From positions 1,736,001 through 1,800,000 of the forward strand of contig OZ251226.1 of the NCBI GenBank assembly GCA_965240325.2: DNA of 64,000 nt. Reading direction: 5' to 3'. Of the stretch, positions 36,867 through 48,172 are shown piece after piece. The DNA comes from Rebecca billardiae RCC1528. Lineage: Eukaryota > Protista > Haptophyta. The translations under genes and the position numbers were made by a program. The notes under the pieces are model-generated. The model saw only the letters and a program-made list of their open reading frames with translations, searched no databases and was not told the origin of the DNA. Every line of letters begins with the position of its first letter. Position 1 is the first letter of the stretch.

Positions 36867-39800
36867 CTAGAGGCCAACCGCAACGAACGCCGCCCACGGG
36901 ATGGTGCCGAGCACCTCGCCCTCTTCCTCCGACACCGCGCTCGGCCCGGGCCCGCGGCGCTCGCGCAGCATCTCGAGCATCGCCGCGCGCAGCGCCTCCG
37001 CCGGATCGCGCAGCGGGCCGTCCGCACTGGGCCCGACGTCTTCCGACGGCGGCGTATCCTCGCGCCGCACGGCCGCCGCGCCGCACGGCCCGCAGAGCCG
37101 CCCAGCCGGGGGCGCCGCGTCCGCCTCGGCCTCCTCGCCGCCGCGCGCGCGCCCATCCCCGCCGCCGCTGGCGCGCGCCGCGTGGCCGAGGGGGGTCGGG
37201 GAGAAGAGCCGCCTGTACACGCGCTCGAGCAGCTCGCGCCGCGCGTCCGCCGGGAGCGGCCAGAGCGGCGCGAGCACCGTGCGCGCGCCCGCGCCCAGGA
37301 AGGCGCGCGAGATGTCCACGTGCCCGTCGCCTCCCGCCTCGTCCCCGACGGCGTCGATGCTGCCGAGGACAACCAGCCGCGCGCGCACCGGCACCGCCGA
37401 TGCCAGCAGCTCCTCGAGCCAGAGCGCGCCGCGCTCGGCGCTCTCCGCGGCGAGGTAGAGCCCGTCGGGCGAGCACGACGCGGCGACGTGGAGGAGGTCG
37501 GCGCTGCCGACGAGCTGCGCCACGGCCTGCTTGCTCGCCGCCGCGCCCGCCAGCTCGCGCACGTCGTGTAGCTGCGCGGCGCGAAGCTCGCGCACGACGG
37601 CGCTCGCCTCGGCGCGCGCGCCGCTCGGCTGCGCGACGCGCACGCCCACGCGGTCGCCCACCTTGATCCCGCCGCACAGCTCGATGCGCTCGGCGAGCAC
37701 GAGCCTGTGCGGCTCGGTACCCGCCGTGCTTGGCGGCGGCATGCGCGGCACTTCTGAGCGCTCCGCACCCTTCTCCACCCACGCGGCACGATCGGACGTG
37801 CGCACGAGCTCGGACAGCTGTGCCGCGTGCGCGGGCGAGCGCACCGTGACGGCCAGCGCGTACGCGTGCGTGTCCGGCGAGGTGAGCACGCCGGCCTTGA
37901 GCTCCTCGCCGACCGGCGGCGGGGCGTCGAGGTCCTCGGTCGCGTGCGCCCTCTCCGCGTCAAGCACCGTTCCCATCGAGGGCGCGACGCGCACCGAGCA
38001 CCGCTCGATCAGGTGGCGGCCGCGGTCGTCCAGCAGCGCCGCAAAGGGCAGCGCGTGGAGCGCGCCGTCTGGGACGATCAGCAGCCGGCTGTGCGCGCGC
38101 AGCGCGGCTTCGAACGGCTCGAGCAGCAGGCGGTACCCCTTGCGCAGCAGCCGCGCGAGGGAGCCATCCTCGCCTACACCCGCGCCAGAGCCGGCGCGGC
38201 TGGGGGCGCCGACGCCGCCCGCACTCGCCGCCGCGCCGCCCGCCGCCGCCGCGCCGCCCGCCGAATCAGCCGGCGCGCCCGGCGCGTGCTCTGCCGAGTA
38301 CCGGCTTGGGTCGAGGCCGACGCGGCCGGCGCCGAGCTCGGAGGGCGGCCACGCGCTCGCGCGCGGGCGCGGCCACGCGCGCGCGCCGAGCGCCACGCGC
38401 GTGCGCTCGACCAGCCCGTGGAGCGTGCCCTCCACCTCCGGCAGCTCGATCTCGGCAAAGACGGTCGACGCGCCCTCGGCAGTGGGCAGGAGCGCCCAGC
38501 CCAGAAGGCGCGCGGACGAGAGCTGCGAGTAGTAGATGAGTACGAGGTCGTGCCGCGCGGCGTATGCGCGCATGCCACCCCACGGCAGCCACGACGCGCG
38601 CGAGCGGCGCTGCGGGGTGCCAAACGGCGACGCCGACGCGCTCAGGGTGCGCCCCTCCGCCGTGTCGCGCCTGGGCCGCGCGGGCGAGTCCGAGTCTGCG
38701 CCCGAGCCCGACACGCGGACCGCAGCGGCGGACTCCCTCGGCGCCGCGGCCTCGGCCTCGGCCTCGGCCTGCGCGCTGACCTGCCGCGCCGCCCTGCGGT
38801 GCATTGCCTGTCGCAGCAGCGCGCGCGCGCGCGCGCGCTCGGCCTCGTCCAGCGCGACGAGCGTCTCGCCGCTCGCAACGTGTGCGGCCTGCAGCCCTCG
38901 AAGCGCCGCGTCTGCCGCGCGCCCGTCCGCGCGCCACTGCAGCAGCGCGCCGGCCGTCGGCGCCGCGCGCGCCTGCAGCTCGTCGTAGATGCGGACGGCG
39001 CGCGCGTAGTGCCGCACCGCGGCGGCGTGCTCGCGCAGCCCGACCAGGGCGGCGCCGAGGCAGCACAGCGCGTGCGCCTCGCCCCGCCGCTCCTCGAGCG
39101 CGCCGAACAGCGCCAGCGCGCCCTCCGCGTGCTCGCGCGCGCGCGTGTACCGCCCGAGCTCCTCATAGTGCGTACCCAGATTACCCAACACCGCGGCCTC
39201 GAGCGCGCGCTCGCCGAGCTCGCGCGCGAGCGGCAGCGCGCGGAGGTAGTGCTCGATCGCCGCCTCGGGCTCGCCGAGCGCGGCCTTGAGCGCGCCCATC
39301 CGCGCGCGGCACGTCGCCTCGAGCTCCGGCGTGCCGAGCTCGTGCGCCGCGCGCAGCGCTCGCTCCTGCAGCTGCGCGGCGCGTCCGAACTCGCCGAGGC
39401 CGGCGTTGGCGGCGCCGAGGCTAACGAGACAGGTCGCCTCTGCGAGCGGGTCGTTGAGCTCGCGCGCGATCGCCAGGGCCTGCGCGAGCTGCTCGGTCGC
39501 GCGCTCGTGCTGCCCGAGCGCGCTGTACACCGCGCCGAGCGCGCCGAGCACCTCGCCGGCCTCGAGCGCGCTCGAGAGCAGCTCGGCCGTCGCGAGCGCC
39601 TGCCTGTACCGCACGAGCGCTAACTCGAGCTGGCCAAGCTGCACGTGGGCCTCGCCCAGCGCCTTGAGGTAGCGCAGCGCCTGCGCCGGGTCCTCCCGCT
39701 CGAGGCAGACGCGCAGCGCCGACTCGTACAGCTCGAGCGCGCGCGCGTGCTGCCCCACGCCCGCGTGCGCGTCGCCCAAGTCCCCGAGCAGACCCGCCGC

Positions 39801-40966
39801 GTGCGAGTGTGACTCCTCCGTGAGACCCTCGTCGCGCGCGGTGCGCCGCTCGCGGTAGATGTCGAGCGCGCGGACGTAGTGCGCCATGGCCTGCTCGTAC
39901 TCGTCGCGGTTGTAGTGCACGTTCCCGATGTTCCCCAGCGCCGCGCACACGGCGTCCTGGTCGCCCAGCTCGCGCGCGATCGCCATGGCCTGCTCGTGGT
40001 GCGAAATCGCGCCGTGTGATTGGCCGAGCGACTCGAGCGTGCCGCCGATGCTGGTGAGGAGCGAGCCCTCGAGGTCGCGCAGGCCGAGCTCGCGGCTGAG
40101 CGCGAGCGCCTGCTTGTAGTGCTCCATCGCCTGCTCGTGCTGCTCGAGCTCCCCGTACGCGTCGCCCAGGTGGCCGTGCGTCGTCGCCTGCAGCCGCCGG
40201 TTGTCTGCCTTCACGCTCAGCTCCAGCAGCGCGCTCAGGTGGCCGATCGCGCGCTGGTACTGGCCGAGGCCCATGTACGCCGCGGCGAGGCCCCCGAGCA
40301 CGCCGCTCTCGAACACGCGCGCCTGCTCGGGGTCTGCCACCTGCCGCCCGGCGAACTGCGCGCGCCGGCCGAGGCCCAGACGCGGACGGGTGCGCGCGCC
40401 GACGGCCCAGCCGCGCGGAGCGTGAGCGAATCGCGCCCGCACGGCACGGCGCGAGCGGCGCGGCGCTGGGCGCGGGCGCGCACCATCAGGGCCTTGAACG
40501 CGCCAATGGCATCGTCATACCGCCCCTGCTCGATCAAATAGTCGCCGGCCATCAGCGCCTGCTCCGCCTGCTCGAGCCGGCGCGCGCCGGTGAAGAGCTT
40601 CTCGAGAGCCATGCGCAGCCGCTCCGCGCTCTTGGCGTGCGTCGAGTCGAGCTCGAGGGCCGCCTTGGCCGCGGCCGCAGCGTCTTCCCAGCGCTGCAGC
40701 CGGAGCAGGCACTGCGCCTTGTTCGAGAGCACGCTGACGCGCAGCTCGACCTCGGGCGTCCCGGGAAGCACATACGGGACGGGAAGCAGCGCGAGCGCCT
40801 GGTCGTACGCGGCCAGCGCGTCCTCGAGCTCGCCGGCGGCGAATGCCTGATTCCCATGCTCCTTGTGCGCGAGCGCGCCGTCCAGGTCGACGGGCGACCG
40901 AGCGGACTCCACCACGTCCGATGCGCCGCCAGCGCCTGCGCCGGGCTGCGGCTGCGTGTTGCCCAT
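36867..40966 (-). CDS. TPR-array + CHAT domain protein (TTC28-like); intron 40341-40483
   Basis: N-terminal TPRs (HKEHGNQAF, LSNKAQCLL), many LG.IG..Y...G...A repeats, and CHAT motifs YRLLLEP, LLIVPDGALHALPFAAL, RAFLGAGA...LWP, WAAF. Confidence 0.9.
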
Positions 40967-41793
40967 CCTGCTGCCGCCGGCTCGGACGTCTGCTCAAGTT
41001 TCATTCGCGCGCGTGATTCACACATCATTGTCATCATACTGTACGTATTGTCATCATCATCAATCTGTTTCGCCGGGGGCAAGAACGTGGCCGCCTTGGT
41101 GGCAGTCGGCATTGATGGCCAAGTCGTGGGACTCGTTGATGAACGATGCCGGCCGTCGCCCGTCCAGCATGCAATCATGGCTCCACGCCGACACATGGCT
41201 AGCTACCTGTCCTCAGTGCATTGAGCTAGTAATTAACAGCTAACCAGCTGCGCACACGTGGTTGCGTGGGAGCCTGGACCTGTGCCGCGGTTCTTCCCGA
41301 CGGCTGCTGCATTCATCATCAGCAGAGCATTAATCATCAGTTCTGCTGACTAGCTTAGTGACTGTGTCTGTCGGCTGGAGCCTGGTACTCTCCGCCATCG
41401 CACTCGCTTCACGCGAGTGCGATGGTGGCTGTGCCCGCCGAGGTACGATGGCGGCGCAGTCCGGAGGAGAGTACCAGACATGAGACAGGTCTGTCGCAGT
41501 GATGACGACAGGTGATAATGCGATGTCTTTGACTTTGTGCAGTGGTTGGCGTCAATTGTTTCAGGTCGGAGTCGGTCTGCAGAGAGGGTTGGTTGTAGTG
41601 CCTGAGCCGCGAGTGTGCACGCAAATAATGGCGCACGGCCGCCCCGAAAGGTCTGAGCGTGAGCGAAAGCAGGGGGGGGGCACGTGCTCCGCAAATCAAA
41701 AAGATAATCGCGCGCAGGATTTAGGGTATTTAGGTGGATTTAGGTAATAAAACTGCTGATGCGATTGAGTCCATCTATGACAGTGCGCTGATT

Positions 41794-44700
41794 ATGGCCC
41801 GCGGTGCAGGGCGGAGCGCGTAGCGTGGAGCCCCGCCGGGGGCCCTCACTACGTTGTCAAAAAGATCTTTTGATCAAAGAAAAGGGGACGGGGGACGATT
41901 TTGAGGGCTGTTGGAGGGTGAGTTTTCGACTTTTTGAGGGGGGGTATGCTGTCTATCACAGCTTAAAAGGCCGCGCCCGCTGCAATTCTTGTATCTACTA
42001 TGGACGGACGTGGGATCAGATACCCCGGGGGTGAAGATCGAAGGCCGCTGGCCGTCACTTTGTCAGTAAAGTTTAGTCATCGTGTCATCGACGCTATTGA
42101 AAACTTGGTCGCCGGTCCAAGGGCCGTATTGTTTTGACAAAGTGCATGTGCATGGGTCATATACTACGACTGTTTCAAACTGCATGTCGGCGTACCGAGC
42201 GCGCTGTTTGCCGGTTTGCATTATTTTGCGCACGCGGGGGTCATATTGAAAAAAACCGTAGTAAACTGTAATCACGCCTTAACCAAGTGTGCACGTTAAA
42301 ACATGGTAAATGGTAGAATATCGGGTTGAAGAATACTAACGACGAAGCTTTGCGCTCGCGTGGCTCGAGCGCGAGATGGATGAACCTCCTTTGCCATAAT
42401 ATGAAAGAAAAACGGGTTACCCGCCCGCCAGCGTCTCGCGACGAGGACGGGTGCCCAAGCGGCAAGCGCGCACATCATGATCATCGCCGTCGGCGGGCCC
42501 ATCTTCGGCCGGCTCGAGCTGATGCACATCACGACGCTCAAGCAGGCGCTGTCCGTACCGACGTTGGCGCGCCTCCAGCGGATGGTCGACAAAGCACCCG
42601 TGGGCGAAGGAGGACCACAATCATGGCCGAGTCATCGGAGACGTCGCTGACCTCGCGGCTTCAAACAATCAAACATCACACAGTGCAGGATTGGAATTTT
42701 CCGTGACGCTTCGGACGGTCCGCAGCTCGAGTCAGCGAATCCGGTCTCGGCCGGACAGTGGAACTCGGGTGGAAGCCGCGACTTCGCGGCGGACGGAGCC
42801 TCAAACGAGCGGTGCCTCGGCTCGCGGCGCGATCTACTCGGCGAAGACCGACGAGGCTGCTCGCGGGCCCGACTATGCGTCGACGCGGGCTGGGGTCGTC
42901 TTCCGCGTGGCGCTGGGCAAGTTCCTCGCCGCCCTGACGGGTGCTCTCCTTTCGCCCTCACGGCGCGCGCGGTGCGTTTCGCGAGCTTCTTGCATGCACC
43001 GCCCGCGGTTGCGCCCGAGCCTGATGCTTCAGTCGACACGGCAGGTGGCTCGCGCAGGGTGGGATTGTGTGCGGGTGCCGCTGGCGGTGCGTCTCACCCT
43101 CCTGAAATTGTGTGGGAGGCTGTGACATTGCACGCGTACACCCCGCCACGCCCGCGGCCCGCCCGCGCAAACGCCGCGCCGCGCAGTTGTCTTTGACCTC
43201 GAGCGAGCCTGAGGCGTGGAGGCGACCGACGGCGGGGTGCGACTTGCCCACCGACCCGAGCCGCATCACCCAGCGCAGCCTCGCCCGCGACGACGCTTCG
43301 CCTGGCTGCCACTGCTCAGCCGCGTGCAAGGCGGGCTGGGCGACGTCTTTGCCGAGCGCGGCTGCAGCGCAGCACGCGAGAGGCTGGAGCGCCATGACGC
43401 GGATGGCGGAGCGGGCTTTGGGCTGGCTGGCATGAGCCGCCAGGCTGTACCGTCCGCGCAGATCGCGCTCGGCCCGGCCGCAGCCCTCCTGAGCGCGCGC
43501 CTCAGAGCTGAGACTGATCACGTGCACGCGCACAAGCCACACTGCCGTGGCTGTGTCGAGCAGCTGCGTGTGCTCGAGGCGCGGCGCTCGCACGGGCCAC
43601 GCGGGCGCAGCGGGTGCGCGTAGCTGGCGCACGCAGTGCCACGTCCTGCCGCGCCAGTTTGGCGGCCGTCCGCCCCCCCGAGCTCGAGTTCTGCGCGCTT
43701 TGCGACGGCGCGGCCGGCCGCGCCCATCTTCATGCTTGGGCACGCCAGCATGGCCGCCGCCGGGCCTGCTGCGCGCGCCGAAGCTGGAGGGCGGAGGAGG
43801 GCGCTGGGCTGCTCCTACGGCGTGCTGCAGCCCGGGCAGGCTTTTCCGCGGCGCGGCGAGGCCGTCGCGCCTGCTCGCCGCCGTCGAGTCGCCCGTGCTG
43901 AGTGACCGTCGGCCGCATGTGCTCGGCGGCACCGCAGGCAGGCGTCCCATACCAGTGTGCTCGAGCCGCTGCGCGCACCCAAGGCGAGCTGCTCGAGCGG
44001 GCTAGGTGGGCCCACGGAGTGCGCGCAGCTGGCGCACGCAGCCCCGCGTCATGGGGTGTCGGTTTGACGGTCGCCAGCCCCCGTGGGCTCGAGCTCTGTG
44101 CGCTTCACCACAGAGGTGCCGACGGCGCCCCGCGGCGCGCAACGGCGTGGCAGCATGGCCGCCGCCGGCGCCGCCGCACATGCCGCCGCTTACGGGCAGT
44201 CGAGAGCTTGGGGCAGCACCTACGGCATGCTGCAGCTCGGGCGGGCTCTGCCAGCCTGCTGTGGCGTGATCGCGCATTTTCCAGACCGTCGACTCGCCCG
44301 CGCTGCATATTTGTTTGCTGCGCGTGCTCGACGGCGCCGCTGCTGCCGCTACGGCCGCGCGTTGCTGCGTCGCGAGCGAGCCCGATGCGAGCTGAACGGC
44401 GGCGTGCTCATCGCTGCTGGCGCAGATGGGCGCGTCATGGTGGCCACGCACGATGCTGAGTGCTCGCGCGTGCCAGACGAGGCGCGTGCTCGCGCTGTGG
44501 CTCAATGTCCGGCAGTGCGCGTGGCAGGCCGCAGCTGCTCGACAACAGAACCAGCGGGCAGTGATCGGGCTGCGCGCGCGCAGCTGATGGCGGCGAACGA
44601 GCGAGCCCGCACCGCCGCGCAAGGGCTGGGCGACTGGCGCCGAGGTGGCGCGCACGTCGTCCGCTGCCGTTGGCATCGCGGCGGACGCTTCAAGCTCGTT

Positions 44701-46399
44701 CGGCCGGCGTGTTTTCTCCGACGCCCACCTGCGAGCGCTGCCGGCACCGTGCTCGGGCGTCAGTATCGGTGGGCTCGAGCACGCGTGGTGAGGCGCTCGG
44801 AGCGGTCGACGGCCATGATCGGGCAGCGCACGGTGGGCGCAGGCCACGCGCACGCCAGCGCCCCGCGTGGCGTGGCTTCACGGGGCGCAGCCACCAGGAG
44901 ACTGTGCTGCGACGAGCTCGGGCGCGCTCGGGCGCCGCTGCTCTGCATTTTCCCGAAAAATCGGTTTTCGTGCCCTCGACCGGCGGTATGCCGCCGGGGT
45001 GGCCGCAGCTGCGCTCGGAGCAGCGCGCACGGGCACCGCCGTGTGCGCCCGCCCGCTTTCGCCGCCGCCGAGCTCGAGCACAGCGCTGCGCGGGGCTGCG
45101 TAATGCCAACGGCGCATGATTTTTTGCCCGCGCCGAGCGCGCGTCGGCGCGCGCAGCGCGCTCAGGTGTGGCCTGCTACCAAGGTCTGTGCCACGATTCG
45201 ACGCGCCTATGGTGCGCCGAATTTAGGCGCACCGCTTCAGAATTGTCCGATGATTCGACTAGTGGTGCGGACAACTTAAAACGTCACCCTGAGCAGTTTT
45301 CCGGCACTGTGCAACCGCTCAGCCGGTTGCCACCGCGGCCGAGCGGTGCGCGCTCGCCACCGCGGCCGGCGCTGTGCACGGGCGTGCTGAGCCCGGGCCG
45401 CGTGAGCTCGCCCACCTCGCCCGGCGCGCACGCCGACGCCGCCACCGCGGCTCGGCGGCCGGACTCATCTCGGCCCGCAGCGCTTGCGTCCGGCCCCGCG
45501 GCGGCGCGCGCCGCCGTCGCCGCCGCGCAGGCCGTGCACTCGGTGGATGAGGAGACGGCCCTGCTGCGCGCGGAGCGCTGCGCGCCGCGCGCTGCTCCTG
45601 CTGCGGCGCGCAGTAGTCCGCTCGTCCGCCCCGCGGGCTCGCCACGGAGCCGACGAGCGCGATGACGACAATCGAATTGAGCACGAGTGCGCACGGAGGC
45701 GCTGGGCGCCGAGCTGGCGAAGCGCGGCGCCGAGCTCGACGCGCTGCGCGACGCGGCGACGGACGCGCTGGGCGCGCGCGGCGCCCTCGTCGCGACGCCC
45801 CGTGCAGCAGCTCGAGCAGCCAGCTGTGGAGTAGACGGCCGTCGACTCCCGGAGGGCGCCACCGCGCCGGGTGAGTGAGCACGCACGGGCTCCGCCTCGG
45901 TCGGAGGCTGGCTGGCCGCCGCCGTGGCTTCGAGGCCGACGCGGCGGAGGAGGCGGCGGGCGAGCACGGTGGCGCGGTGGAGCAGGCGCGCACGCGCGGC
46001 GGCAGGCGCGACCCGCCGCTCGCCTCGTTCCACCCCGAGCTCCGCTCGGTCTCGCCTCTCGGTGCGCGGCTGCGCAGCGCCGTGAGCGCAGGCTGGGGCC
46101 GCTGGGGGGTGGGGCCAGCAGAGTGGTGCGCGCTCTCGCTCTGCCGGCACGAGGCGCGCCGGCTGAGCGACCAGCGGCCCGTCGTCGAGCGCGTGGCGCA
46201 GCGCGAGCACCTCAAGGCAGGCTCGCCCTGCGCGCGCGCGCCGCTGCCCCGGCCGCCGTCCGTACTTCTTCGCGCGGGCTCGCGGCGACAGTCCTCATCG
46301 GCCCGCCATGTTGACCAGACTGAGACAGCAGCCGACGGAGGGTGCACCGCGGGCCCCTAACTACGTTGGTTCTACGGAAGGACCGCGGAACGCGGTCAT
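41794..46399 (+). mobile_element. Family A element, copy A7 (about 1.97 kb without nested B2)
   Basis: 5' ATGGCCCGCGGTGCAGGG at 41794 and 3' GACCGCGGAACGCGGTCAT ending at 46399. Confidence 0.9.
42679..45311 (-). mobile_element. Family B element, copy B2 (2633 bp), CACAGTGC...GCACTGTG with a 2-bp TSD (CA), nested in A7
   Basis: CA at 42677-78 and 45312-13. Near-identical reverse complement of B1. Confidence 0.92.
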
Positions 46400-47142
46400 A
46401 TATATTTGATGATTGCGGTTTGTACTATCCGATTCCCCACCCCGTACTAATTACTGTGTTTACCATGAGTGCTCATAGAGCAATTCCTCGCTGAATACAG
46501 ATAGAAACAAGAAGCCTGGACCTTCCTGATGTCAAGATCCACATGGCACATGCTGATATAGAAGCAGAGTATTGATTCAAAGCCAATGAGGATGGCATTC
46601 GGTGTCTTCTATACTGTAGTATAGTTTGCGATCATTGAGATCCGACATCATCTCAATGATTGCGCGTGACGCGCAGCTGAGCTGCATGAGTGCTGGCCGA
46701 GGCGCGCAGGCAGGCGCAGGAGAAGGGTCACTGGAGGCGGACGCCGCGCGTGCACAGCAAGCCATCATCTGCTGCAAGTGCGTGATCCTGCAGGTGGTGA
46801 CTGCTGGTACCTGTTCCAGATACTGGTGCCGGCAGCTCCGAGCTCGCGTTTCCGTACTTCCTGCTCCACCCATCTCGGCCGACCCTTCAACAGTCAACGC
46901 CCGGGAGTGTTTGACAAGATCTTCTCTCATCATCATTTATTACTGTCCATCATCATGACTCATATGGCCGCACCTCCTTTCATGGCCTCCGGCCAACTCT
47001 TTCGATACGGCTCGCTCATGTCTGTTTAATTGGCGGCGCTTGAGATCACATGTGCTGATATTGTTCGCATGTGACGAGCGCTTTTCTGCATCAGCATCCA
47101 GGCAGCTTCTCATGCGTCCAGCAAGCAGCCAGCCCCACGAGC

Positions 47143-47327
47143 TCATTCGAGTCATTCGTCGTGGCCTCTTCTAGTAACTACGACCTATACCGCGCCGAGC
47201 GGCGAGCCGCGCTCGGACATCCTCGGGTGCGGCCCCTTGCCTACTCATCAGCAGCAAAGTCTCAGCAGAAGGAGGATCCGAATCGCCTCCCGCCGTGCTT
47301 CTTTATTGCTTGTGACTCGCGGCATGC

Positions 47328-47392
<65 letters not shown>

Positions 47393-47449
47393 GAGAGAGA
47401 GAGAGAGAGTCAGAGAGAGAGAGAGAGACGACGGAGAGACAGAGCTGCG

Positions 47450-47522
<73 letters not shown>

Positions 47523-47722
47523 TATATATATATATATTCATTCGAGTCATTCGTCGTGGCCTCTTCTAGTAACTACGACCTATACCGCGCCGAGCGGCGA
47601 GCCGCGCTCGGACATCCTCGGGTGCGGCCCCTTGCCTACTCATCAGCAGCAAAGTCTCAGCAGAAGGAGGATCCGAATCGCCTCCCGCCGTGCTTCTTTA
47701 TTGCTTGTGACTCGCGGCATGC

Positions 47723-47783
<61 letters not shown>

Positions 47784-47840
47784 GAGAGAGAGAGAGAGAG
47801 TCAGAGAGAGAGAGAGAGACGACGGAGAGACAGAGCTGCG

Positions 47841-47883
<43 letters not shown>

Positions 47884-47891
47884 TATATATA

Positions 47892-47927
<36 letters not shown>

Positions 47928-47930
47928 TAT
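47143..47930. repeat. Tandem duplication of a ~395-bp unit containing (GA)n and (TA)n tracts
   Basis: tcattcgagtcattcgtcgtggcc starts at 47143 and 47538. The unique parts appear identical. Confidence 0.92.
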
Positions 47931-48172
47931 AGCTAGCTGCTGTAGCTTAGCAGAGACGACTTCAGCCTGAACTCAGATCGAGTCAGAGTCAGAGCCAACT
48001 GTGTTCACGGCTGCTGCTGATGACGTGATGTCATGAGCAGTCAGCCTAACTAACGGCGCGAGCGGCGGACTGAGGACTCGGCGTCTGACAGATGATCTGA
48101 CGAGGCGGATTCTAAATCTAACGCGCAGGGCCACTTCGCAGAGGACGACGCGGGGCCCGCAGCGCTGCCGTA

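Larger units (their letters stand above)
41622..46545 (-). repeat. Family C repeat, copy 2, interrupted by A7
   Basis: Homology to 26600-27240 on both sides of A7 (41622-41793 and 46406-46545), colinear in reverse orientation. Confidence 0.7.

Noticed and set aside
41635-41680. Hammerhead ribozyme in family C (CTGAG...GAAA)
   Set aside because: The core reads CTGAGCG rather than CTGANGA and I could not build the three stems; kept only as a generic structured element.
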